Shown here: positions 24,536 to 37,900 of the stretch, one piece after another | How positions within the stretch are numbered: the first letter of the stretch is position 1 | Layout: every line of letters begins with the position of its first letter | NCBI GenBank assembly: GCA_002269645.1 | Contig: NIVC01000540.1 | Coordinates: 248,001-312,000, forward strand | Length of the DNA stretch: 64,000 nt | Source of the DNA: Macrostomum lignano | Taxonomy: Eukaryota | Reading direction: 5' to 3' | Notes under the pieces: generated by a model | What the model was told of the DNA's origin: nothing | Databases searched by the model: none | What the model saw: the letters and a program-made list of their open reading frames with translations, nothing else | Position numbers and translations under genes: made by a program

Positions 24536-25846
24536 ATTATAAACCAAAACTGGCAAAATAGACAATGATTATAAACCAAAGGATTGCCAAAATAACATGA
24601 TATAGCTAGGGCCTAGCAAATTTATGATTAGCTAAAAGTTACAATGTACTCTAAGCAAAATTATTGATTTATTAAAAATTAATCTCTTGCCAATATATAA
24701 AAACCAATATAAGAATATATATCAAAGTTATATCTAGTGGCCTTGCCTTGGTCTACTAATATTAAAAACAAAACATTTTACAACTAAGCCAACCCCATCG
24801 TATTTGCTTCCTTCTAAAATAATATTTATAAAATATAGGTACTGATTATGTAATGTGCTAAGTAGAATTTTAATAAGCATGCCAGAAAAAACGTAGAGGG
24901 CAAGATAAGTGTTCAAATAGTATCACATTGCAAAATGCAGTAGACAATACATCAAATGTGCTAGATAAAATATAGTTCATTGCTTATCTAGTCCCGACAG
25001 ACTACATAGATGTGATCCCAACAGGTCATAGATGCTATATAGCTTGTGCACAGTATTGAGAAAAAAAATAGCAGAACAAAGTTGGCAATAAATTCTAAAC
25101 AATGACAAGGGTGCCTAGCTATTAAGGACTATGCAGCAAAAATGGTATGGACTCTGGCTCATAGGCGAGTTGTTAAAAAAGGAAACTAGAATCTAAATAA
25201 AAAAGAGACAAAAGCAAAATACAAAAGAAAATAATTTGATAGCATAGATATAATTAAAATGCAAACATGAAACTTACAAAATAATAATGGATATATGTAT
25301 ATATTTGATATCGGATTAAAATATTTATAGTTTTCTAGTAAGCAAGCAAACAAGCAAGTAAGTTATTTAAGGCATTTATATGTATTGCAAAATATTAATT
25401 TTAGTATATAGATAAATAGACTAAAATGGCCCTTTTTAGGTTGCTTTTAGTTAGAGCTAACCATTGTATATATACCAATGAAATGATATATGTGATATAA
25501 AAAGTGTTGAATGTTAAATGATCACCTAAGTTGCTAAATAGAGATGATTTGGTAAGTTTTACAAGCTAGTAATAAGAAAGTATTATGTCAAATAAAAAGG
25601 GCCCTTTTAGGACACTGCAACTTGCTGCAATGATATAGATTATAAGCAATACAATGTCAGACTGAAGTTATGAAACTACTTAAATTTTCCCAATATTACA
25701 ACTAGAAAAACACATTGAATTGGGTATTGTTGCTGTGTTTATCCTCAATCTCCTTCTTCCTCTGATTATAAAGTTGTATAGTAGTAGCACATATCAATCC
25801 AGGATTTGAATGTCAAGGTGGGACCTTCCATTTAAATATGACAAAT

Positions 25847-26440
25847 GGGAGCACAAGAAATGCCCGCAAACAGATTGCCCACCAAGATTTGCCCGCAGGA
25901 GATTTGCCTGTCAAGATTTGCTTGCATAGCTTTTCCCACCAAGAATTGCCTACAGTGCATTTGCCTGTGAGCAAATTGCCTATGGAGATTTGCTTGCAAG
26001 TGAATTAATTGCCTCCAAGGTTTGCCAAGGTTTGCCTATAATGCTTTTTTCCTACAGTGCATTTGGCTACGCAGCAGATTTTGTCTGTATTGCCTCCCCA
26101 ATGCTTAGTAAGTCTTAATAAAAAAATTTACCCAATCAAACATTTCGATTATAACTGTATATTAAATGCATATTTGGGGGGGCACTACAGACAGAATCTA
26201 GTTGCCAAATGTGCTATAGGAAAAAAGCATTGTGGGCAAACCTTGGTGGGAAAAAACTCAGCTGGGCAATTTGCTAGTGGGAAATTCACTTGCAGGCAAA
26301 ATCCATTGCAGGCAAATCTTGGCAAGCAATTCTTGGTGGATAAATCTCTATAGGCAATCTTGATAGGAAAAGCTTAGTGGGCAAATCTTGACAAGCTAAT
26401 CACAGTAGGCAATTTGTCTGCAAGCAATTCTCATGGACCT
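25847..26440. mobile_element. Foldback MITE with long imperfect arms built from ATTTGCC subrepeats
   Basis: About 25848-26105 is an imperfect reverse complement of about 26168-26439; flanks ATGACAAAT and GTGACAAAT (8/9) suggest a 9-bp TSD, Mutator-like. Confidence 0.6.
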
Positions 26441-26743
26441 GTGACAAATTAATCTAGTGTAGCATAGCAGTCCTTGGAAAAACAAGACTAAACAGAACAG
26501 AATATGCAAATAATAGTCTAAGAAGTGATATATTTAGCTTGCTAAATTGGCTAAGTTTATTATTTTTGAGTAGCAACAATAAAGTTATTAATAATAGATC
26601 AAAATAATAGATAGTACAACAAATTATGATTGGCTAAAAGTTACAATAGGTGCTATGCAAAATTCTAAATTTGTTAAAAAATATCTCTAGTCAATATATA
26701 AAAGGCAATGCAAGAATGTATAGAGAAGTTATATAAAATATGA

Positions 26744-27518
26744 TCTCTACCTATAAAAATCAAAACTCTGTGTGTGTGTGTGTGTGTGTGTGGACAATTT
26801 TGATCGCTATGGACTCCCAAACCGCTCAACCAAATTACACCAAACTTTACACCCACCCTAAACTTACTACGGAGAATGTCTTAGGCTACCTTTTAATTTC
26901 CTAAATTTGAGTCTTCCTACCTAAAAGTGCAAAAAACTGTTCAAAATGCGCAATTTTTTCACTAAATCCTCCATAGCGCCGCTCCACTTCTACCGATTCT
27001 CTTCAAATTTGACACAGACAATTTTCAACTATTTTGGCACAATCATGTAAAATTTCGAGTCTGAAAGTTAATCCTGAACGGCGCTGTGCACTTTTAAAGT
27101 TTGGCTGTTTTTTTCAGCGAGGCAGCCACCCCAACCTCCGCCCGCCTGCCTCTCTTTCCCGATCTGGGCAAAGGGTGTGAGTAGGTTTTAAAATGCCTAA
27201 CTTTCGGCTGCCATAGTTTTGCTCCACGTGAAGCGATTGACTTCAAATTTGACACAATTCTTTATTGACTCCTTCTCTGCCTACATGTAAAGTCTCAACT
27301 CTGTATCTCAATCAGGACAGAAACTGTAAGCATGTGAAGTTTGTCTGCTTTTTCTGTTGTTTGTGCCACTCACTCACTCATTCCCCCAGAGCCAGACGAA
27401 GGGTAAGGCGATAGGACTGAATGTACATAGCAAATGTACAGTGTTTTGGAATAACTTTATTTATAGCCTTCTCTGCACCCCGAGAGTGGAGAGGCTACGT
27501 TTAGCCATAACAGTTTAG
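26744..27518 (+). mobile_element. Non-autonomous canonical Helitron (775 bp)
   Basis: Starts A|TCTCTACCTATAAAAAT followed by (TG)n. Ends with hairpin GGCTA-CGTT-TAGCC (27493-27506) and TTAG|T, a variant of CTAG. Inserted between A and T with no TSD. Confidence 0.7.
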
Positions 27519-27905
27519 TGAGAAATTCTAACCACTGCCCTCCCCTCTTCTGTATTGGCAAACTCTGCAGCAGTTTAACACTGGATGGCAATTGGCAAAT
27601 CGAGGCAATCCAGCATGGTTTGTAAAAGCGAAAGATTTATGAAAAGGCGATGCGATGCAATGCAATGAAATACAACCCTACTAAATTAGGCACACCATGG
27701 AAATTTTAAGTTTCTCTTAAAAGTACTTTGAAATTTAAATGGCCTAAGAAATGCGTATTTCCTTGGTTGTTAGACTGATGCAGACTGCAGTGGAGCTGAA
27801 GATACACAAATTCCTTTCAGGGCTGCAAATTGGCAAGAAAGATGACGTGATCAAAGCATGAGAATAACGATGAGAGTAGTACGTCGCACAAACTGGCTTT
27901 CGAAG

Positions 27906-29373
27906 CAGGGATCGGCAGACTTTTACTTCAAAAGCCAGATAAAGAATCCAGCTTATGTGCGGGCCAGATGAGAGAGGAAAGGAGAAGGAATCGACTATTA
28001 GAAGAGAGGAGAGGCGAGAGGGGGATAAGAGAAAACATGGAAGATAAGAGGAGAGACAAGTGGTGAGGAGAGAGCAGAGAAGAAGTGAGGAAGAAGCGAG
28101 AGGAGGGGAGAAAGGAGGGAGAGGAGGTGTAGAGAGGAAGAGTAAAGGTGAGAAGAGGGGAGAGATGAGACAGAGGATCGATGAGAGGAGAGTAAAGAAG
28201 AGTGAGAAGAGAGTAGAGATGAGAGAGCAGAAAGAAGATGACAGAGGGTCAAGAGGAGAGGAGAGAGTAGAAAGGATAGAGAAGAGAGGAGATAAGAGGG
28301 GGAGAGAGGAGTGAGAAGAGAAGAGATAGAGATAAGAGAGGGGTGTAAGAAGAGGGGAGAAAGGAGAGATGAGATTGTAGAGATGAGACAAATGAAAGGA
28401 GAGATGAGAGAGTAAAGATGAGAGATGAAAAAGGTGAGAGGAGAGTGCAGAGAGACGAGAGAAGATAATAGAGGAGAGAGAGTATAGAAGAGGGAAGAGA
28501 AAATAAGAGAGGAGTAAGGAAAGAGAGGAGTCAGAAGAGGTGAAAGAGAAGAGTACAGAGGAGATAAGTGAGAGAACGTATTAGAGAGTAAAGATGACAG
28601 ATGAGAAGGCAGAGTGAGGGTGAACAGACGAGAGATGGGAGAGTAGAGAGAACAGAGGAGAGATAAGAGAGAAGAGATTACAGAAACTAGAGGAGAGAGG
28701 AGAGACAGGGAGAGAAAAGAGGAAATAGGAGAATGAAGAGGGGAGAGAGTAGAGAGGAGAGGAGAGATGGGAGAGAGGAGAGGAGAGAGAGAGAGAGAGA
28801 GCGCAAAGCAGAGAGAAACGAGAAGAGATAAGAGAGAAAAGATAAAAGAAGAGAAAGGAGAGATAAAAACGCAGAGAAGAGAGGTGAGGGAAGAGACGAG
28901 TGACGAGGGGAGAGAGAAGAGATAAAACAAGAAAAGAGATAAGAGTTAAGAGAAGAGAAGAAAGAATAGAGAGGAGAAGGAAGAGACGAGAGAAGAGGGA
29001 GAGAGAGGAGAAGAGAGAAAACGAAAAAGTAGAGAGGAGAGAGGAGAGAGGAGAGGAGAGAGAAAAGAAAAGGGAAGAGATGAGATAAGAGATATGAAAG
29101 AGAAGAGAGATGAGGGAAGATACGAAAGAAGATAGGAGAAGAGAGGAGAGAGAAAACGAAAGAGTAGAGAGGAGACAGGAGAGAGGAGAGAATAGAGAAG
29201 AGACAAGAGATAAGAGAGATGAAAGAGAAGAGAGATGAGGGAAGATATGAGAGAAGAGAGAGGAGAGACGAGGGACGAGAGAGAAGAGAGGAAACAGAAG
29301 AGACGATAGAAATTTTAAAGGATCCAAGGGACATAGGGAGAGTCAGGGAGAGGCCAGAGTTTGCCAATACATG
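27906..29373. mobile_element. hAT/Charlie-type MITE with an expanded 1.3-kb AG-rich core
   Basis: 5' CAGGGATCGGCAGACTTTTACTTCAAAAGCCAGAT and 3' TTTTAAAGGATCCAAGGGACATAGGG..GAGTTTGCCAATACATG match the reverse complement of the two ends of the 59011-59352 element; the interior is a non-periodic purine tract. Confidence 0.7.
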
Positions 29374-31979
29374 TTTTAGAGTCAGACAGACATTGCCTGA
29401 CATTCTGTGAAGTAACCCAGCCAACAATATCAATGTTTGCTTCAAATCCTAATTTTACACGAATGTGCTCCATTTTATGTCTACCTCTATCCTACTAACT
29501 ATTAACAAGTTTTTGTTTGTGTATGACCTTAGATTTCAGAATACATGCAAAAGTAGTTCCGGGGATTGGAATTCCCCGGGTTCAAAATCCACGGGTTTCA
29601 ACAGCTTGTACATTTATATATAATAGCCTACTAATAATAAAAACAATGATATTTCACAACTAAGTCAACTCTGTCACAATCTCTTAACTTATATTATAGT
29701 ATTGACTTCAATGAGAGCCTTGTGACTTGCAAATATATATATATATAAAGTAGAAATCTCTTTTGTGCTAGTAGATAACTGCTATGCAATTAAGTAGAAT
29801 AATATAAATATAGTATATGTATATAAATGGCTACCCAATGGTTGATTATATTTTGCAAAAATGTCCCAGGGCTCTTAATTATTCTTTTGTTTAGCTTTAC
29901 TCGCTGCCACCAAAGTTGTTGCAGGCCTATTAACTCTGTCTTAATGTACTTTTTGCATAAATGTACTACTAATATTGGTAGCATCTACTTATCTACTTAT
30001 ATTGGTAGCGTCTACTTATCGAATTATATTGGTAGCGTCTACTTATCTAATGGTAGCGGTTGTACATGTACTATACCTTTTGCCTGAGCGGTCTATTGGC
30101 ACTGTCTACTCTTATATCTCTCAGTCCTAGGCGTTCCCTGGATTAGAGGGTCACAGCTTTATATTTTCCCTGTCCTGAGGTGATTTTCTCTCACTCTGAG
30201 GCGGTTCTCCTGCCCTGAGGCAAATTTACTATTACTGCCCTGAGGTGATTTCTCGCTTTTAGCGGTCTGGAACTTTCCCAATGTAGGGGTTTTTACTATA
30301 GAAATGAATAAGTCACGTTGAACAATTTTCTTATCAAGCTATTGCTAGAGCACACAAACGAACAAGTAAGTTGAACAAGTTGGTCTTCCTGGCCCGCTCG
30401 GAGCCTCTATTTGTAGTAAGATTCAGCGTAAATTTTATCAAAATTAATTGCAAGAATATTTTCACAACTCACAACATTTAAACAAAGTTTTTTTAGCGCG
30501 AATTTAAAATTGACTTTTCTAAGAAATATAGTAAACAGAAACAAGTAATTATAAGTGCCCTTCCTCAAAAATAAAGTAGATAAAAAATTGTTATTAAACT
30601 ACTTAAAAAAATTTAAAATATTAAAAGTTAGTGGCTTATTTTAGCTTTTATGCCATGAGTCCAACTTTTATAAGTGCTTCCTGCTGTAAACAGTGCATGC
30701 ATTTGTTTGCATACCCTTGGCCATAAAAATACATACCACATACATACCACATACCACATATCACTCAGAAGAAAGCTATAAGTAGAGCTGAAGAAAAAGA
30801 AGAAGAAAAGAGAAAAGAAGAAAAAACAAAGAAAAAGGAAAATAAAAATAAGGCATAGAAATTGGTTAAGTAAGAGTATATATAAAAATATCAATAACCA
30901 AGTTTTTGGGCAAAAATGATCATGTAGTGTTAAATAGACAAAATGCATTATAAAAGTATTGAAGAAATTAAGAAACAAGTTTTGTAGCTTTCTTATTAAC
31001 TAACCAATTTTCAAAAATAATGTGTATTTATAGTTAGGCATATAAGTATTTATTAAATATAATAGAAAAATGCAAAAATATAACTTGAAAAAAACACTCA
31101 TTGGAGTCCCTATCTATAACACTCAAGTTTCTTTATTTAGTCATTATTCTGTAGTTTAGATTTATAGTTTTGAGTTATAATGAATAAAATATTCATATAC
31201 TGATATACCAACCAACAATTGTTACCAACAGACAGTACCAATAAACCATTTTAGTTACATGGTTGAACAAAATATTAATAAATAAATAATACTAAAAATT
31301 ACATAGATATAAATGCTATAAGTATTGCTCTATTATTTTCAATTTATTGTTTTACATTTTTCTAGATTTCACAATACCAACATTGTATTTTAACTATAAT
31401 TCACAGTTATGTATTTTGTAATGGATGTTAGTATTTTGCATAAAAGTGATTTCAAATTGTATTATTTAAAAGTAATTTAATATTGCAACTTTTGTAAAAG
31501 GCATGTATATAGTACAAAAAATAGTCTAAGATGCCTATAATATACAGTGTATTATTATTAGGTTTTTTTCTTTTCCAACAACAATATGAAGTATGTCATA
31601 TGTATATATATCCTAATAGAGTAATTCTATGTTTCATAGACAGTGCATATCATTAATTTCATTTTTCATGTTTTTGTCCTTGTTTGGTTGATCAGTTTTG
31701 CAACATACCTGTCTTGGCTGCCTTGTCATCTTGCAAATTAAAATATACAAAAGAAAATAAAAGTTTTGATAAATCAAAAGTTGATAAATAAGTCTGAAGT
31801 TTAACAAATGAAGACCAATCAAGGCTTCTTTGGTTTCTATAAGGTAGGCCTAGTGCATATGGGTAGTATGAATAAGAAACAAGATTATTTTATCATGAAC
31901 TATATTTTCATTTCAATACCTTAAAAATTGTTTATTGCGAGTTACCACCTTCACTACTCAGACTAAACTGAATTCGTAG

Positions 31980-34900
31980 GTGCTGGCGAAGATGCTGTCA
32001 CCTTCTGCGACATCGGCGGCCTCTCCTGCCTCGCCTGGTTCGACTTGGCCAGCCAATGGTCAGCGCGCCCAACTTGTTGCGCAATCAGAAATACTCCGCT
32101 TTGAGCTTCATACCGCAGGTGCTGTACGAGCAGTTCAGCGTGTTTCTCAACTTCTGCTTTCTAGTCATGGCCCTATCGCAGTTTGTGACCGCCCTGAAGA
32201 TTGGCTATCTGTACACCTACTGGGGCCCGCTCAGCTTTGTTATCTGCGTCACCGCACTGCGCGAAGCTGTTGACGATCTGCGCAGATGGCGCCGCGACCG
32301 GGAGCTCAACTCGGCTCTGTACGAGGTTGCCGCCGACGCCTCGGCCGAGTCTGCTGTCCGCCTGCTGCCCAGCCGCCTGCTGCAAGTTGGCCACGTTGTC
32401 CGGCTGGCCAAAGGCGACCGGGTGCCAGCAGATCTGGTGCTGCTGCGCGCCCCGGACAGGCGAGGCGCCTGCTACCTGCGCACAGATCAGCTGGACGGTG
32501 AAACTGACTGGAAACTGCGAGTTGCGCCTGCCGCAACTCAGCTGGTGAGAATCAAAACTGAATTTCAAATCAGAGTAAATGGGATATCGTGAAGCATCCC
32601 AGTCTCCCATTGAAATGAGTAGCAGCATCCCATTGAAGGATTAGGGGAGTAGCAGCATCCCATTGAAAGATTAGGGGAGTAGCAGCATCCCATTGAAGGA
32701 TTGTGGGAGTAGCAACATCCCATTGAAAGATTAGGGGAGTAGCAGCATCCCATTGAAGGATTGTGGGAGTAGCAGCATCCCATTGAAAGATTAGGGGAGT
32801 AGCAGCATCCCATTGAAGGATTAGGGGAGTAGCAGCATCCCATTGAAGGATTGTGGGAGTAGCAGCATCCCATTGAAAGATTAGGGGAGTAGCAGCATCC
32901 CATTGAAGGATTGTGGGAGTAGCAACATCCCATTGAAGGATTAGGGGAGTAGCAGAATCCCATTGAAGGATTAGGGGAGTAGCAGCATCCCATTGAAGGA
33001 TTGTGGGAGTAGCAGCATCCCATTGAAGGATTAGGGGAGTAGCAGCATCCCATTGAAGGATTAGGGGAGTAGCAGCATCCCATTGAAGGATTAGGGGAGT
33101 AGCAGCATCCCATTGAAGGATTAGGGGAGTAGCAGCATCCCATTAAAGGATTAGGGGAGTAGCAGCATCCCATTGAAGGATTAGGGGAGTAGCAGCATCC
33201 CATTGAAGGATTAGGGGAGTAGCAGCATCCCATTGAAGGATTAGGGGAGTAGCAGCATCCCATTGAAAGATTAGGGGAGTAGCAGCATCCCATTGAAGGA
33301 TTGTGGGCGTAGCAGCATCCCATTAAAATGAGTAGCAGCATCCCATTGAAATGAGTAGCAGCATCCCATTGAAGGATTAGGGGAGTAGCAGCATCCCATT
33401 GAAGGATTGTGGGAGTAGCAGCATCCCATTGAAAGATTAGGGGAGTAGCAGCATCCCATTGAAGGATTGTGGGAGTAGCAGCATCCCATTGAAAGATTAG
33501 GGGAGTAGCAGCATCCCATTGAAATGAGTAGCAGCATCCCATTGAAATGAGTAGCAGCATCCCATTGAAATGAGTAGCAGCATCCCATTGAAGGATTAGG
33601 GGAGTAGCAGCATCCCATTGAAAGATTAGGGGAGTAGCAGCATCCCATTGAAGGATTAGGGGAGTAGCAGCATCCCATTGAAGGATTAGGGGAGTAGCAG
33701 CATCCCATTGAAGGATTAGAGGAGTAGCAGCATCCCATTGAAGGATTAGGGGAGTAGCAGACCCATTGAAGAATTAGGAAAGTAGTAGCATCCTAATTTA
33801 ACTACTGAAGCATTATTAATGCGTACTGTACTGTCATCAAATTAATCCGTAGGCCTGGGAAGACTCTGATCTAAATGCTTCGCAAGGCTCCACCGTGTGG
33901 GCGGAACGGCCCAGCATGGACTTATCAACATTTGTCGGCACCCTGACTACCTCAACTGGTGCCCAGGTACCGCTGGGCATTGAAAACACCCTCTGGGCTG
34001 GCACCGTGCTGGCCTCTGCCGGTCCAGTCCTAGGCGTTGTTGTTTACACTGGCCGAGAGACCCGGGCCGCTATGAACAGCGCTAAGCCGCGTAGTAAACT
34101 ATCCCTAATCGATTCCGAAGTTAATTTGGCTACTAAAGTACTTGTAGTATCCGTATTGCTAGTCTCGCTGCTGCTAGTTGGACTAAAAGGCTTCGGTGGT
34201 CAATGGTACAAGTACTTTTGGCGCTTTCTACTGCTGTTCTCCTATATCATTCCGTTGGCGTGAGTAGCTCTTGTGTTCCAATTATTGTCTGACTGAGAAA
34301 GATAACTGTGATTTTGTGACAGCAGGAGAGGCTCTAGACGTGAAGTGTGTGAGATTTCAGACACAGGTGAGATAGAGTTCAGAAACGGGTGAAATGTACT
34401 TTAGACACGAGTTATTAGGTGAAATAGACTTCAGGCATGGCCTGGGAGAGATAGGCTTCAGGCATGAATCAGATAGACTTCAGGCATGGCCTGGGAGAGA
34501 GACTTCAGGCATGGCCTGGGAGAGAGACTTCAGGCATGGATCAGATAAAATACAGGCATGGCCTGGGAGAGATAGACTTCAGGCCTGGGAGAGATAGACT
34601 TCAGGCATGGCCTGGGAGATATAGGCTTCAGGCATGGATGAGATTGACTTTACGCATGGCCTAGGAGATATAGGCTTCAGGCATGGATGAGATAGACTTC
34701 AGGCATGGCCTGGGAGAGATAGGCTTCAGGCATGGATGAGATAGACTTCAGGCATGGCCTGGGAGAGATAGACTTCAGGCATGGATGAGATAGACTACGC
34801 ATGGCCTAGGAGATATAGGCTTCAGGCATGGATGAGATAGACTTCAGGCATGGCCTGGGAGAGATAGGCTTCAGGCATGGATGAGATAGACTTTACGCAT

Positions 34901-37900
34901 GGCCTAGGAGAAATAGGCTTCAGGCATGGATGAGATAGACTTCAGGCATGGCCTGGGAGAGATAGGCTTCAGGCATGGATGAGATAGACTTCAGGCATGG
35001 CCTGGGAGAGATAGGCTTCAGGCATGGATGAGATAGACTTCAGGCATGGCCTGGGAGAGATAGGCTTCAGGCATGGATGAGATAGACTACGCATGGCCTA
35101 GGAGATATAGGCTTCAGGCATGGATGAGATAGACTTCAGGCATGGCCTGGGAGAGATAGGCTTCAGGCATGGATGAGATAGACTTTACGCATGGCCTAGG
35201 AGAAATAGGCTTCAGGCATGGATGAGATAGACTTCAGGCATGGCCTGGGAGAGATAGGCTTCAGGCATGGATGAGATAGACTTCAGGCATGGCCTGGGAG
35301 AGATAGGCTTCAGGCATGGATGAGATAGACTTCAGGCATGGCCTGGGAGAGATAGGCTTCAGGCATGGATGAGATAGACTACGCATGGCCTAGGAGATAT
35401 AGGCTTCAGGCATGGATGAGATAGACTTCAGGCATGGCCTGGGAGATATAGGCTTCAGGCATGGATGAGATAGGCTTCAGGCATGGATGAGATAGACTTC
35501 AGGCATGGCCTAGGTAGGAGATATAGGCTTCAGGCATGGATGAGATAGACTTCAGGCATGGCCTGGGAGATATAGGCTTCAGACATGGATGAGATAGGCT
35601 TCAGGCATGGATGAGATAGACTTCAGGCATGGCCTGGGAGAGATAGACTTCAGGCATGGATGAGATAGACTACGCATGGCTTAGGAGATATAGGCTTCAG
35701 GCATGGATGAGATAGACTTCAGGCATGGCCTGGGAGAGATAGGCTTCAGGCATGGATGAGATAGACTTTACGCATGGCCTAGGAGAAATAGGCTTCAGGC
35801 ATGGATGAGATAGACTTCAGGCATGGCCTGGGAGAGATAGGCTTCAGGCATGGATGAGATAGACTTCAGGCATGGCCTGGGAGAGATAGGCTTCAGGCAT
35901 GGATGAGATAGACTTCAGGCATGGCCTGGGAGATATAGGCTTCAGGCATGGATGAGATAGGCTTCAGGCATGGATGAGATAGACTTTACGCATGGCCTAG
36001 GTAGGAGATATAGGCTTCAGGCATGGATGAGATAGACTTCAGGCATGGCCTGGGAGATATAGGCTTCAGGCATGGATGAGATAGGCTTCAGGCATGGATG
36101 AGATAGACTTCAGGCATGGCCTGGGAGAGATAGACTTCAGGCATGGATGAGATAGACTACGCATGGCCTAGGAGATATAGGCTTCAGGCATGGATGAGAT
36201 AGACTTCAGGCATGGCCTGGGAGAGATAGGCTTCAGGCATGGATGAGATAGGCTTCAGGCATGGATGAGATAGACTTTACGCATGGCCTAGGAGATATAG
36301 GCTTCAGGCATGGATGAGATAGACTTCAGGCATGGCCTGGGAGAGATAGGCTTCAGGCATGGATGAGATAGACTTCAGGCATGGCCTGGGAGATATAGGC
36401 TTCAGGCATGGATGAGATAGACTTCAGGCATGGCCTGGGAGATATAGGCTTCAGGCATGGATGAGATAGGCTTCAGGCATGGATGAGATAGACTTCAGGC
36501 ATGGCCTGGGAGAGATAGGCTTCAGGCATGGATGAGATAGACTTCAGGCATGGCCTGGGAGAGATAGACTTCAGGCATGGATGAGATAGACTTCAGGCAT
36601 GGCCTGGGAGAGATAGACTTCAGGCATGGATGAGATAGACTACGCCTAGGAGATATAGGCTTCAGGTATGGATGAGATAGACTTCAGGCATGGATGAGAT
36701 AGACTTTACGCATGGCCTAGGAGATATAGGCTTCAGGTATGAGTGAGGTAGACTTCAGAGATAAGTGAGATAGACTTCAGAGATAAGTGAGGTAGACTTA
36801 AGGCATGAGTGAAATAGGCTTTAGGCATAAGTAAGATAAACTTCAAGCAAGCATGAGTGAGATAAACTTCAGGCATGGGTAAGGAAGACTTCGGACATGG
36901 GGAGATAGACTTCAGTCATAAGTAAGGTAGACTTATTAGTCGCGGAATCAAACACTTAAGACAGTAGGAAAAGAATTTAGACGCATTTTGGTTTAATGAT
37001 GGCGTACTGATGCACTTTATTTCACAAATTCGCGCACATAAATTAACAAGCTTGGCACAAACTAATTGCAGGCTTCGCATGAATCTAGACATGGCCAAGA
37101 TTATCTACGCGTTTATGATTGTGCGGGACAAGTGCTTAGACGGCTGCGTTGTGCGCAACACCACCGTGCCCGAGGAGCTGGGCCGGATTAGCTATCTACT
37201 GTCGGATAAAACTGGCACCCTCACTGAGAATAATATGGTGAGTTATTTCTTTGTGAGCGTCATCACAAATACTAGATGTGACGTGCATATATTTCACTCA
37301 CAATTAATCAAGGTTGTAAAATACGGTGCGCCTACTCCTAGTAGTCTCATTTAGAATGTCTCTTTAATTTATTGTGGCAGCTGAAAAGGGACTGTCAACG
37401 TAAGCTTTCATAAAGTTGAGCTCGAGTAACCTATGTATTACAAATGATTTAAAAGGTTACGATGTTATAAGGACTCAATTTTGTTAATGTATGACATCAC
37501 ATTCGTGAGAATCCCCCGCTAACTTTGCTAAAAAGGACATAAAGGCAATCGTAAAAGTGCAATTGGGCAACTAGTGTGTGTCAAACAGTTTCGTTGGGCA
37601 ATTAGCAATAAAAAGATTATTTGTGCCAAATGTGCCAAAAAAGGAAGACAAAAATTTTTTTATCTATGCTAAAGAGCATATATTTGTGACACAACTGGCA
37701 CAATTACTGTTTTTGAAAGGACTATTATTTTCGGTCGGGTGAATTACCTGAGCTAGTAGTAGATCTACAACTACAATAATTGAATTACCTGAGCTAGTAG
37801 TAGATCTACAACTACAATAATTGAATTACCTGAGCTAGTAGTAGATCTACAACTACAATAATTGAATTACCTGAGCTAGTAGTAGATCTACAACTACAAT

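Larger units (their letters stand above)
22270..26600 (+). repeat. Diverged direct repeats: about 22270-22420 vs 26478-26600, and about 24620-24730 vs 26625-26735
   Basis: Shared TATATTTAGCTTGCTAAATTGG..AAGTTTATT..TTTTGAGTAGCAACA and TATGATT(A/G)GCTAAAAGTTACAAT blocks. Confidence 0.75.

Noticed and set aside
27744-29445. Long Leu/Ser-rich and Arg/Glu-rich ORFs (up to 310 aa)
   Set aside because: By-products of a purine-only tract that lacks stop codons; no domain motifs.
31808-31843. Alternative ATP9 first exon MKTNQGFFGFYK with donor AAG|GTAGGC
   Set aside because: It ends in phase 0, whereas the exon at 31980 needs phase 2; joining gives the wrong frame.
32565-33738. 331-aa and 155-aa [10 protein letters not shown]-repeat ORFs, and similar periodic ORFs at 16110-16761 and 47471-47937
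   Set aside because: Translations of minisatellites in several frames at once, within intronic or intergenic DNA.
32617-33790. Interstitial telomere, because the 30-bp unit contains TTAGGG
   Set aside because: Only one hexamer per 30-bp unit and no tandem (TTAGGG)n.
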